A DNA stretch of 63,743 nt from Octopus bimaculoides (lineage: Eukaryota). Shown here one piece after another: positions 13,933 through 25,004 of this stretch (the first letter of the stretch is position 1; the number at the start of each line of letters is the position of its first letter). Location of the stretch: the NCBI RefSeq assembly GCF_001194135.2, contig NC_069004.1, forward strand, positions 29,768,445 to 29,832,187, read 5' to 3'. The notes below the pieces were generated by a model. The model searched no databases. It was not told the DNA's origin and saw only the letters and a list, made by a program, of their open reading frames with translations. A program made the translations under genes and the position numbers.

Positions 13933-14252
13933 TTGAGGAAACTTCGAACTTGAGTTCTCATTCCTAAAGTAGAAAGAATCGTTGTTAATACAATTCTATC
14001 TTTTAGAGATGAGGAATTATTTACATTTGACGGATATTTGTCCTCATCTTGTTTGTTGTTAACATGTTTCGGCTGATATACCCTCCAGCCTTCATCAGAT
14101 GTTTTGGGGAAGTTTCAAACCTGCATTCTCATTCCTAAGGTACTTTTCGATGTTGTTGTTATTATTATTATTCAGGTCACCACCTGGAATTGAACTTGGA
14201 ATCTTGGGGCTAGTAGCCCATGCTCTTAACCACTACACTATCATTTCCCGAA

Positions 14253-14298
14253 GACACCTGATGAAGGCTGGAGGGTATATCAGCTGAAATGTTGTGTT
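14253..14298 (+). ncRNA. Hammerhead motif, inverted partner copy with one stem III change
   Basis: GACAC-CTGATGA-A-GGCTG(gagggtatat)CAGCT-GAAAT-GTT-GTGTT. Confidence 0.6.
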
Positions 14299-15310
14299 AA
14301 CAACAAACCAGATGAAGACAAATATCTGTCAAATGTAAATAATGTAAATAGAATCATTGTTATCATTTAAGATGGTGAGCTAGTAGAATGATCAACACAC
14401 CAGACAAAATGCTCAGCAGAATTTCTTCAATCTGTATGTTCTGAGCTCAAATTCTGCCAAGATCGACTTTGACCTTCATCCTTTCAGGGTCAATAAAATA
14501 AATACTGGTCAAGCACTGGGGTCAATGTGATTGACTAGCCCCTCTCCTCAAAAAATGTTGGCAGAACCGTTAGCATGCTGGACAAAATGCTTGGCGGCAT
14601 TTTATTCATGTATATATTCAAGTTCTGCCTTTGAACCGTTCAGGGTTGATATAATCAACTTGCATCCTGCCCCCAAGATTTCAGTATTTGTATACATAGT
14701 ACAAAAAAATCATTCTTTTCTATTCCAGGCACAAGGCCTGAAATTTTTGGGGAGTGGGGGGGGGGCAGTCGATTAGATCGACTCCAGTACGCAACTGGTA
14801 CTTAATTTATCAACCCCGGAAAGGATGAAAGACAAAGTCGACCTCGGCGGAATTTGAACTCAGAACTTAGACGAAATACCGCTAAGCATTTCGCCCGGCG
14901 TGTTAACGTTTCTTATTTGTTTATTGCCCACAAGGGGCTACACACAGAGGGGACAAACAAGGACAGACAAAGAGATTAAGTCAATTACATCGACCCCAGT
15001 ACACAACTGGTGCTTAATTTATCGACCCCGAAAAGGATGAAAGGCAAAGTAGACCTCGGCAGAATTTGAACTCAGAACGTAATGGCAGACAAAATACTGC
15101 TAAGCATTTCGCCCGGCATGCTAACCATTCTGCCAGCTTTACCTTTCATCCTTTCAGGGTTGATGAAATAAATACCAGTAATGCACTGGAGTCAATGTAA
15201 TCAACTAGCCCACCTCCCCTAAAATTTCAGTCCTTGTGTCTATAACACAAAGAATTATCATTGACATTGTTTTGTTTCTCTTCACCAGAGATTCCACCAA
15301 CAGTTTCAAG

Positions 15311-15490
15311 ATGCGACAATTAAAAGGTCAAGTGAAGAAAGAGACGAAAAGAGAGAAGCGGGAGAGGAAAAAAGACTTCTTGGAGAACAAACAGAAGGTC
15401 TTCACCATTGTCTTACCCGTTTTCATTCTCCTCATCTGTTTGATCATCACATATGTATACTTCAAAACAAAACCAGTGTCCCAATACTGA
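15311..15490 (+). CDS. SMCO4: Single-pass membrane and coiled-coil protein 4, 59 aa, single coding exon
   Basis: MRQLKGQVKKETKREKRERKKDFLENKQKVFTIVLPVFILLICLIITYVYFKTKPVSQY matches recalled SMCO4 (MRQLKGKPKKET...one TM helix). Acceptor tttctcttcaccag ends at 15288, so a non-coding upstream exon is implied but not located. Confidence 0.93.
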   Translation: MRQLKGQVKKETKREKRERKKDFLENKQKVFTIVLPVFILLICLIITYVYFKTKPVSQY

Positions 15491-17666
15491 GATCAACAAC
15501 ATCCATGTTTTTCACTTCATATATCATCTCTCAGCATCTTTTCCAACTATGTATCATTCCTGATATCTGAAATTTTTATTGTTACACTGTCACTTTCATA
15601 CATAGAAATACACACACACATGAGCTGGCAGAAACGTTAGCAGGCCGGGCGAAATGCTTAGCGGTATTTCGTCTGCCACTACGTTCTAAGTTCAAATTGC
15701 GCCGAGGTCAACTTTGCCTTTCATCCTTTCGGGGGTCGATTAAATAAGTACCAGTTACGCACTGGGGTCGATACAATCGACTTAATACGTTTGTCTGTCC
15801 TTGTTTGTCCCCTCTGTGTGTAGCCCCTTGTGGGTAGTAAAGAAATAAGAAATACACAAACACACACAGATATGTGTGTGTATACATGATATCCTAAGGC
15901 GTTCATCTGACAGAGTCGCTACAGCGTCGGAAAAAATGCTTGGCGGTATTTCTTCCGACTCAGTACATTCTAAGTTCAAATTTCTTCCACCAAGGTCGAC
16001 ATTGCCCTTCATCCTTTCAGGGGTTGATAAAACAAGTACCAGTCAAGCACTGGGGTCAGTGTAATCAACTTGCTCGTCCACCTTCTCTCAAAAACTGCTG
16101 CTGGAAAGAACATTATATATATACACATATAGACACGGTAGCCTGGGGTATTCTTCTGCCTGGCCTACTCCTGTTGAATTGTCCAACACATGCCTGCATG
16201 GAAGGAGGACATTAAACGATGATGATGAATATATATATATATGTGTGTGTTTGTTAATATTTAGCAGATGCAACAGAGTGACTCAAGGTCTGAAAGTTTC
16301 GTGTGTTGGCACTTATCAAAGTGCCAATTCACAAAACTCTTGACCCATGAATCACTCTGTTACTTCTGCTAAATATTAATAAAATATATACATATGCTCA
16401 TATTTTGAGTTCTATTTTTCCTGTTTGCACCAACATACCTATATATATATATATATATATAATCTGTGGTGGTTTTTTGGTAAGCAGTGTCAATTTTTTA
16501 CAATTCTGTAAATTATAATAATATTTTATAAGCAACCACCATGTAATGATTAAAGAAAATAGTCTCTAATATTGGGGCCATCGATGGAAAAAAGTATTTT
16601 TGCCATCAAAGGTTTATATCTTCCATTATTAGGCTATTTTCTTTAGTCATTACACAAGGATTGCTTATAAGTTTTAAGCTTATAAAATGTGTATGTGTAT
16701 ACTCACACACACATGTTGTTCTCCTGAGTTCTGAATACGTGATAGTCATGAAATATCAACATTTAAGAAGGTACCAATTCTAGTCACAGTAAAGTTACCA
16801 TCTTGGAGCTACCAGTAACCTGCTCAGGAGTTCAAATCTTTCTATTACAACAATGTTGTTATGCTGTTCAGATAACCCCAGGCATTCAATTTCTCTCAGC
16901 TCCCTTCATCAACGATATAGGATTGGGATTCCCAACTGTAAAACTACTTGCCCGAATCACAATATCTCATATGTATTCCTAGCATGAAAAAAGAAATGTA
17001 TGTTGAAACAAAAGTATAATTTAAAGCTTTATAAATGGACTTAAGTATGTGTGTGTGTATATGTTTGCATGTATAGAGCTGATGTTTATTGCATAAGGTA
17101 AGATTTAAATCTTAATGCAATAAATAATGGTTTATTATTTACGTCATATATTATGCATATGTATATATGTGTATAAGAAGGGATGACTATTAAGTGGACA
17201 TCCAATATGCTAGAAAGAGGTCATCAATGACCCAACCACTTAATGGTCATCCCTTCTTATACACATGTAATACAATTTTTCTGAATTTTCAGATTTTTTT
17301 TATATGCTAGGCCACTTGGTTTTAAATTGAATTAATATTCAATTTATCACCCTCTATATATATATATATGTACATATATATATATATATATCTGTAATAT
17401 GTGGCAATTATTCGGTTGGCGTAATAAAACTCCAAATTTCGGATGTCGGGGTGGAAGCCTGCTCTGGCATCTCTTCAGTTATGAAGGCAATCAAAATATG
17501 CTATGGAAATGACCGTTAAACAAAGGGAAATTACTATGTAATTGACCACATCTGAAACTCGGAGTCTTATTATAGTAACCGAATAATTGTCATATATTAT
17601 ATTACAGATAAATTCCTCTATTTACATAATATTGTGGTCTCTTTCATTCTTTTGTTGTCTTACCAT

Positions 17667-17708
<42 letters not shown>

Positions 17709-17800
17709 GATACCTGTTTGTGATAGAAAAAAGACACACCACTCACCAATGACATTTGGACCACATATAGTATACAACATACTGTGAGTTAGTCTGTGTT

Positions 17801-17834
<34 letters not shown>

Positions 17835-18468
17835 TCACAATTGCATATTATATAAATATACATACACACATATATCTATAAGAAATGTTTCTCTATCTAT
17901 GTCTCTTTACATATATATAATCACACACACACATTCAAACATGCATACACACACACACATATATATGAAATAGAAGCTTTGTTTCTTTTTTTAAAAGATC
18001 AACTTCTGATGACCTACTTGCTCAACAAACCAACAAATTGCCTCCTTACTCTATTACAATAAACCCTGCATTTTGAAAATATAATCTACATTGAATTCGC
18101 TTAATTTTGACTAGAATTACATTTCCACCTGGTACTGAGGTAACAGACTTCACCAAAAATAACAAATCTTTTAAAGAGCCAATAAAATCTGAAGAACCTT
18201 TTTCTTTTCTTTGCTCTGTACTTTCTGCTATTGGTACATGGCCACAAGTTTTGGAGAAAAACGGCATAGTCAGTTAGCTTGACACTAGTATGTAAATGGG
18301 GTATAATCTAGCAAAGAACCCCAGAAGGATGAAAGATGAATTCAACTTTAGTGAGATTTGAACTCGGAACATGACAATATTACAATACATTTATCCAATA
18401 TTTTATTGTTTCTGCCATTCAGCCTTGTAGACTTCCATGTTTGATTCCTTATAAAACCAAAGCTTTAT

Positions 18469-18666
18469 AGTTCTATATTTAAGAGATGAGGAATTACATA
18501 CATTATTTACAATTGACGGATATTTGTCCTCATCTTGTTTATTATTAACACAACGTAATGGCTGATATACACTCAAGCCTTCATCAGGTGTCTTGGGGAA
18601 ATTTTGAACCTGGGTTCTCATTCCTGAGGTATTTTTCTATGTTGTTATTATTATTCAGGTGACCTA

Positions 18667-18697
<31 letters not shown>

Positions 18698-18797
18698 TCG
18701 AAAAATACCTTAGGAATGCAAACCCAGGTTCAAAATTTCCCCAAGACACCTGATTAATGCTGGAGAGTCTATCAGCCAAAACGTTGTTAACAACAGT
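18469..18797. mobile_element. Same element as an inverted dimer
   Basis: Minus copy about 18469-18662, plus copy about 18665-18797; perfect 12-bp flanking repeat CCAAAGCTTTAT at 18457 and 18798; both ribozyme cores mutated. Confidence 0.82.
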
Positions 18798-20026
18798 CCA
18801 AAGCTTTATGCTTTGTGGCTGTGTGATGAGAAGTTTGCTTCTTGACCACATGGTTTTGGGTTCTATCTCTCTGTGTGGTACCTTGGGCAAGTGTCTTCCA
18901 CTGTGGCCTCAGACCAACCAAAGCATTGAGAGTCAGTTTGGTAGATGGAAACTGAAAGGAGCCTGTCATATGTGTATGCATATAGGTCTTTGTGTTTGTC
19001 CACCACCACTTGACAACTAGTGTTGGTTTGTTTATGTCCCTGTAACTTAGCAGTTCACCAAAGAAAACCACTAGAATAAGTACCAAGCCTTAAAAAAAAG
19101 TAATTTCAAGATGGTGCCCCAGCATGGCCACAGTCCAAAGAGTGAAACAAACAGGAAATATCTTTGGTGGAGCAACAGGCAAAGTACTTTACAGTATTTT
19201 AGTTAGCTTGCAATATACATCCCTTTATATTCTGAGTTCAAATACCACTGAAGTTCACTTTATACTTTCAATTATTGTGGGCCAAATAAGGAATATGAAT
19301 ATTTACTCATCGAAAAATGTGAGAAAACCCTCCTCATTATCCAATGTGTTTCATATTTTAATGTTTTGCTTCATCAAGACTTGTATAATGTCAACAAAAG
19401 CAACAACAAAAAACATTTCACCTCAATAAAGAATATATTTTCCAATATCAAAAAACATCTTGTTTTTATTTCTCGTTAGGTGGAGCTGAAAGCAAGTGGC
19501 TTAGCCGTTAGGGTATTCGGCAACCACTCCAAGAGTGTAGTGGGTGCTTTTACATGCCACCAGCACGAAGGCCAGTCAGGCGGTACTGGCAACGGCCATA
19601 TCAGGAAACTGATAAGAAAAGACCCAAAACCTTAAATTATTTAAGGGACAATAAAACTCAAGTTTAGGACGCTCAAACAACAGAACACTCAAGCAATTTT
19701 TATTTTTAAATATATATTCTTCAATTTACATTATTTTAACCAACACATATAAGCATGTACATACATATATATATATATATATATATGCATATACACACTT
19801 ATCTGTGTGAAGGTTTATATTTTGGCAACAGCTTTGGAATTATTGGGATTTTTTTTTTTTGTTTTGTAATATTCTTTGTAAAAATTTTTTGCAAAAATTG
19901 TTCATTGTTTTGTTCCAGTTGTGGAATTAAATATCCATCTCCAAGAATTTTCATGAAATAGTGTTTGGTCAAGATACAAAAATAAAAAAAAAAAACATTG
20001 GAAGAAACAGATGTATGAGTGTGTGC

Positions 20027-20061
<35 letters not shown>

Positions 20062-20104
20062 CACACACAGACAAGCAGAGGTGTTGACAGATTAAGTAGA
20101 ATGT

Positions 20105-20302
20105 TCAATCTATGTTTCTAACAATGCGTCTGCAAAAGGGTGATTTCATCTCATCAAGAGCTTTTTCCAGTTCCTTAGTTAACTGAACAAGGTTCCCAGG
20201 GTCAGTTTGTAGATGGTGTGTTGTGACTTCATCATCCTCTTCTAAGTGGAGCTTCAGCAGAACGTTTGGCATCACCTGGTGCCTCATGGATCGACTTGCA
20301 AC
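20105..20302 (-). CDS. COMMD2: COMMD2 exon 5 (stop)
   Basis: VASRSMRHQVMPNVLLKLHL...LQTDPGNLVQLTKELEKALDEMKSPFCRRIVRNID*. Confidence 0.95.
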   Translation of the reverse strand, partial: VASRSMRHQVMPNVLLKLHLEEDDEVTTHHLQTDPGNLVQLTKELEKALDEMKSPFCRRIVRNID

Positions 20303-21158
20303 CTGTAATGCAAAGGAAAAGAAAATCATTTAGGAAAAGGGACAGATAATTCAAATTCTTTACAGTACTGGACCAGTTGTTGGCACTCCATCGCTTACGA
20401 CGTCGAAGGTTCCAGTTGATCCGATCAACGGAACAGCCTGCTTGTGAAGTTAACGTGCAAGTGGCTGAGCACTCCACAGACACGTGTACCTTTAACATAG
20501 TTCTCGGGGATATTCAGCGTGACACAGTGTGACAAGGCTGACCCTTTGATTTACAGGCACAACAGAAACAGGAAGAAAGAGTGAGAGAAAGTTGCGGAAG
20601 AGTACAGCAAGGTTCGCCACGATCCCCTGCCGGAGCCAACAATGACCGAGTTGCGCCATTAGACCACCAGGTCGGAATAAATACAGCAGTAATTTTTTCA
20701 TCTTTTAAGTATTCTAGTCACTAGACTGCAGCCATGCTGTGGCACCAGCTAGAAAGGTCTACTCAAGCAAGTCAACCCCAGCATCTATTTTTTTAACTCT
20801 GGTGCTTATTCTTAGGTCTCTTTGCCAAACTGCTAAGTTATAAGGACATAAATAAACCAACACAAGTTGTCATGTGGTGGTGGTAGGAGAGACACAAACA
20901 CATACACACACACATGACAGGCTTCAGGACAGTCTTTACTAAATACACTCACAATACATTGATTAGCCCAGGGCTATAGCAGACAATACTTGTTTATGGT
21001 GTTGTACAGTAGAAATGAACCTGAAGTCACATGATTGCAGAGAAAGCTCCTTCAACCACATAACCATGTTAAAACAAAACAAAAATTTTTTTAAAAAATA
21101 AATATAATTATTTTTTTTAAATAAATGGAAAAATAAAATACTAGGAATGTTTGCTCAC

Positions 21159-21332
21159 CTGAACATCAAAACGCCATTCTAAATTGTCATAATGTGGCAA
21201 CTCCATAGACATTTCCGAAAGAATATTCCGGATGTTTCCTCTGTTTTCTAGATACATAGTGAGCAAAATGTCTATTTTGTCATCTTGGAAGCCAAGAATA
21301 CTTAAAGACTCTTTGTATTCTGTTTCAGGAAT
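21159..21332 (-). CDS. COMMD2: COMMD2 exon 4
   Basis: IPETEYKESLSILGF...LPHYDNLEWRFDVQ, including the COMM-domain LEWRxDV motif; donor GTGAGC. Confidence 0.94.
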
Positions 21333-21389
21333 CTGTAAAGAACATCATTATCATAATAACAACAACAACAACAATAATGATAATGATAA

Positions 21390-22290
21390 CACAAGGTCCG
21401 AAATTTTGAGGGAGAGGACAAGTCAATTACATCAACCTGTGTTTTTTTTTTTTGGTACTTAACAACCGTGAAAGGATGAAAGGCAAAGTCAACCTCGGCA
21501 GGATTTGAACTCAGAATGTAGCGATGAGCGAAATACTGCTAAGCATTTTGCCTGGCATGCTAATGATTCTGCCAGCTCACCACCTTAATAATAATGATAA
21601 TAATAATAATAACGATAATAATAATAATAATGATAGTAATAATAATGATGATGGTTTCAAATTTTTCCACAAGGGCAACTATTTTGAGGGAGAGGATAAA
21701 TTGATTACATCAACGCCAGTGTTCAACTGGTACTCTTACTATCAACCCTGGAAGGATGAAAAGCAAAATTGACCCCAGCAGAATTTGAACTCAGAACATA
21801 AAGATGGACGAACTACCATTAAGCATTTTGCCCAGCACCATAACAATTCTTCCAGCTCACCACCTTAATAATAATAATAACGATGACTTCAAATTTTTGC
21901 CTCAAGGGCCGCTTGGGGGAAGGGATCAAGTCAATTACATCGACCGCAATGTGTAACTGGTAGTTATTTAACCGAGCCCCGAAAGGATGAAAGGCAAAGT
22001 TGACCTCGGCAGAATTTGAACTCAGAACGTAGCAACGGGTGAAATACTGCTAAGCGTTTCACCTGGTGTGCTAACGATTCTGCCACCTTGCCACCTTAAT
22101 AATAATCCTTTCTACTGGAGGCACAAGGCCTCGAATTTGTGGGGAAGGGACTAGTAGATTACATTGACCCCAGTGTTCGACTGGTACTTAATTTATCGTC
22201 CTTGAAAGGATGAAAGGAGAATATGAACTCAGAATGTACGGATGGGCAAAAATACCGCTAAGCATTTCTCCAGGTGCACTAACGATTCTG
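21390..22290 (-). mobile_element. Chain of 4-5 family B SINEs separated by (AAT)n tracts
   Basis: Repeated gaaaggatgaaaggcaaagtcaacctcggcagaatttgaactcagaa in COMMD2 intron 3. Confidence 0.85.
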
Positions 22291-22475
22291 CCAGCGCGTC
22301 ACCCGGAAACATGTGGTTGGGAAGCAAACTTCTTACCACACAGCTGCCCCATGGTATCTTTTTACAGCAGCTAGGCAGACTAGGACATTAGGTGACAATG
22401 ATGAACAACACTTTGGTTAATGTCATGTGACTATCTTTTTACATGGCTATAATGAAAATACCAAGATTTACTTAC

Positions 22476-22558
22476 CATAAATCGTGAGGTCTCTGTCAGG
22501 AGGTACATCAACCCTTCCACGGCCGACTGAACAACTTTAGTCTCCACGTCGAGTTTCT
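22476..22558 (-). CDS. COMMD2: COMMD2 exon 3
   Basis: (Q)KLDVETKVVQSAVEGLMYLLTETSRFM; acceptor ttttctgcag, donor GTAAGT. Confidence 0.93.
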
Positions 22559-22699
22559 CTGCAGAAAAGATTCCATATTAAATAAAGTATTTTAGGAGAT
22601 GTGAAGGCATGTGTGGCTTAGTGGTTAGGTTGTTTAGAAATAATACATTTCTAAATCTCTCAGAGAGATTTATGCAGTAGTGATACGATGAAGTAGTTG

Positions 22700-22915
22700 T
22701 ATGCTGTCAATTTAATGTGACGGTCCCATGAAGGGAATAATACTACTGTTGGTTAGGCCTAGGAAGCTGCACCGCTTCCTGTCGGCCTTGACACGTTTCC
22801 TGTGTCCTTATGTTTACAAGGGGGAGACAAGCACCTCCACCCAGCTAAGCCGGCATCCAGAGACATGTTTCTGAGTCTTTGCTCGTCATCAGTCTGGAGT
22901 AGCAGTCTGGTTAGG
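22700..22915 (-). mobile_element. Dispersed repeat carrying the second hammerhead (possible Penelope terminal repeat)
   Basis: 22700-22830 is homologous, inverted, to 48896-49020. Confidence 0.6.
22856..22898 (-). ncRNA. Second, unrelated minimal type I hammerhead motif
   Basis: Minus strand TCCAGA-CTGATGA-CGAG(caaaga)CTCA-GAAAC-AT-GTC-TCTGGA: 6-bp stem I, GUC site, palindromic ACATGT. Confidence 0.72.
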
Positions 22916-23221
22916 TTGTTGCACTCACAATTGCTGGAGTGTGGACTGGATTCCTAGATCGGGTGGCACATTGTGCTCTTGAGCAAAACATTTCATTCCA
23001 TGTTGCTCCAGTCTCCCTTTCTCAATCAGGGATTGGAACGTTGGCCTGCTCGTCTAGCCAGCAGGGTGGCACTGATGCAAAGCACACTGTGACTAGTGAT
23101 GTGTAACATCATCTGATAGTCTGGTCAGTCACATGATCACATGATTTTTGTAATCAACTAACCCCTCCCACCAAATTTCAGGCCTTGTTTCTATAATGGT
23201 TAGTCTACATTACTTCATGAA

Positions 23222-23560
23222 GGCATACGGCTCAGTGGCTAGAGCATCGAGCTCATAACCATGAGGTTGTGAGTTCAATTCCCAGATTGGGCTGTGCGCT
23301 GTGTTCTTGAACTAGACACCTTATTTCATGTTGCTCCAGTTCTCTCATCTGTGGAAATGAGGTGCAGCATCACTGGTACCAAGCTGTATCAGCCTTCAGC
23401 TTTCCTTGGACAACATCAGTGACGTGAAGAAGAGGGGCTGGTATGAATGGGTGACTGCTGGTCTTCCACAAAATAACCTTGACCAAACTTGTGCCTTGGA
23501 GGGGAACTTCCTAGGTGCAATCCCATGGTCATTTGTGACCGAAGGGGGGTCTTTACTCTT
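23222..23560 (+). mobile_element. tRNA-headed SINE (family D); inverted 3' fragment at about 42050-42220
   Basis: GGCATACGGCTCAGTGGCTAGAGC...GAGTTCAATTCCC head; body ctttcccttggacaacatc...ctaggtgcaatccc...gaccgaagggggg recurs inverted at 42 kb. Confidence 0.72.
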
Positions 23561-23874
23561 TACCCTTTTATATTACTCCATAAGGAGCACAGGGCCAGTT
23601 TCCTGGTTTCTCTGGCATAAATATTCCTCCCTGGATGGGACGCCAGTCCATCACAGGGTTACTCATTCTTACCAGCTGAGCGGACTGGAGTAATGTGAAA
23701 TGAAGTGTCTTGCTCAAGACCACAGCAGATCTCCTGGTCTAGGAACTGAAACCACAATCTTACAATCATAAGTCCAACACCCTAACCACTAAGCCATGTA
23801 TCTCCACCTGTTCCTATAATGGAAAGGATTGGTCAGATTAATTACAAAAATAATGATAGAAAATTTCAACTTAC

Positions 23875-23952
23875 GTGCGGCACCTTGGTAAACTTTTGGG
23901 TTGGCGCCATTTTCAATGAACTGCAAGGAGATGCGACAGAATTCCCGAACAA
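23875..23952 (-). CDS. COMMD2: COMMD2 exon 2
   Basis: (V)VREFCRISLQFIENGANPKVYQGAA; acceptor ttctag, donor GTAAGT. Confidence 0.93.
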
Positions 23953-24239
23953 CTAGAATGGAAAATATTAATGCTATGATAATTGTGATAATTAAATACA
24001 TGCATATGTGTGATTGTATGGGTGTATGTATATAAATATGATTGAGCATATATGCACATCTATACATATATGTGTGTATGTATGTGTCAGCATGCATACA
24101 CATATATATGTGTGTGCGTGTGTGTATATCAATATTGGGTCATCCCATAAATAATGCAGTTTTTTTCAACTGTATGAAATAAACTACCTGCATCAACTTG
24201 CTAATATAATCAGGTAGTAATTTTACTTTGTACTTATTC

Positions 24240-24540
24240 TTAGTACTTCAACTTACGTCGTTTCGAGTTACGTCTTTTTCGGCTTTACGCTGATTTTTTT
24301 TTAAAGGAAATTAATGAAAAAAAAATGATTAAACCTTAACTTCAGTCTGCCTCAACGAACACATTTAAAAAGCATAAAAATTATTTTTTGAATCACCTAA
24401 AATCAATACTAGAAAACGTTTATTAGCACAGATAATAAGCAAATGAGATTTTTCAAAATGATCTTCGTGTTACGTCGTTTTTCGAGGTAAGTCGAACGTC
24501 TTGGAACCAATTACCGGTGTAAAGTTGAGGTATGCCTGTA
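24240..24540. mobile_element. Tigger/pogo-like MITE, left end degenerate
   Basis: agtacttcaacttacgtc ... tgtaaagttgaggtatgcctgta ends. Confidence 0.5.
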
Positions 24541-24743
24541 TATACATTTCACAGACAAATAAGACGAGAAGGCTACGGTTGGAACCACTGTTGATCATGA
24601 ATCAGCTGAATCAGAGCAAGACCCGAGAAGGGGGCGGATACAGAAAAACAACAATAGCCATAATTCGAATAAGAACTACCATTAATTTCAGCATCATGCT
24701 CCGTGCGTTGGTCTTTTAATGAATTAAACAAATTATATTCATT

Positions 24744-24971
24744 ATGAGGGTGGTGGTGGTGGTGAAAAGTTCCTGGCTTTAAGGGTGTCGCGAAAGGCCT
24801 GGTTGGAGGCCCAACCTTCCGAGTTCTTTTACAGGGTTTAGAAAAACTGAAGGACCGCTGAAATAAATGTGTGAATCAGAGAGGGGAATTATGTTGAATA
24901 AAATCATAATCAACTGATCCTCCTACATTCTCTTTTACCCAAAACCAGGAACTTTTCAGCACCCACCTCGT
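24744..24971 (+). mobile_element. Mariner deletion derivative (MITE-like)
   Basis: TIRs around TGAAAAGTTCCTGG / CCAGGAACTTTTCAGCACCCACCTCGT; interior reads LQGLEKLKDR*NKCVNQRGE-YVE*, the mariner C-terminus. Confidence 0.8.
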
Positions 24972-24972
24972 G

Positions 24973-25004
<32 letters not shown>

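Larger units (their letters stand above)
13805..14349. mobile_element. tRNA-headed, hammerhead-bearing short element: two minus copies and one plus copy
   Basis: Shared body ...ccccaagacacctgatgaaggctggagggtatatcagccgaaacgttgtgttaacaacaaacaagatgaggacaaatatccgtcaaatg; tRNA-like head about 14165-14241 (-); flanking duplication AGAATCATTGTTA at 13792 and 14350. Confidence 0.8.
12997..15235. mobile_element. Chain of about 10 family B SINEs around the hammerhead-element cluster
   Basis: Successive copies near 12997, 13165, 13385, 13600, 14375, 14560, 14715, 14910 and 15135. Confidence 0.85.
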
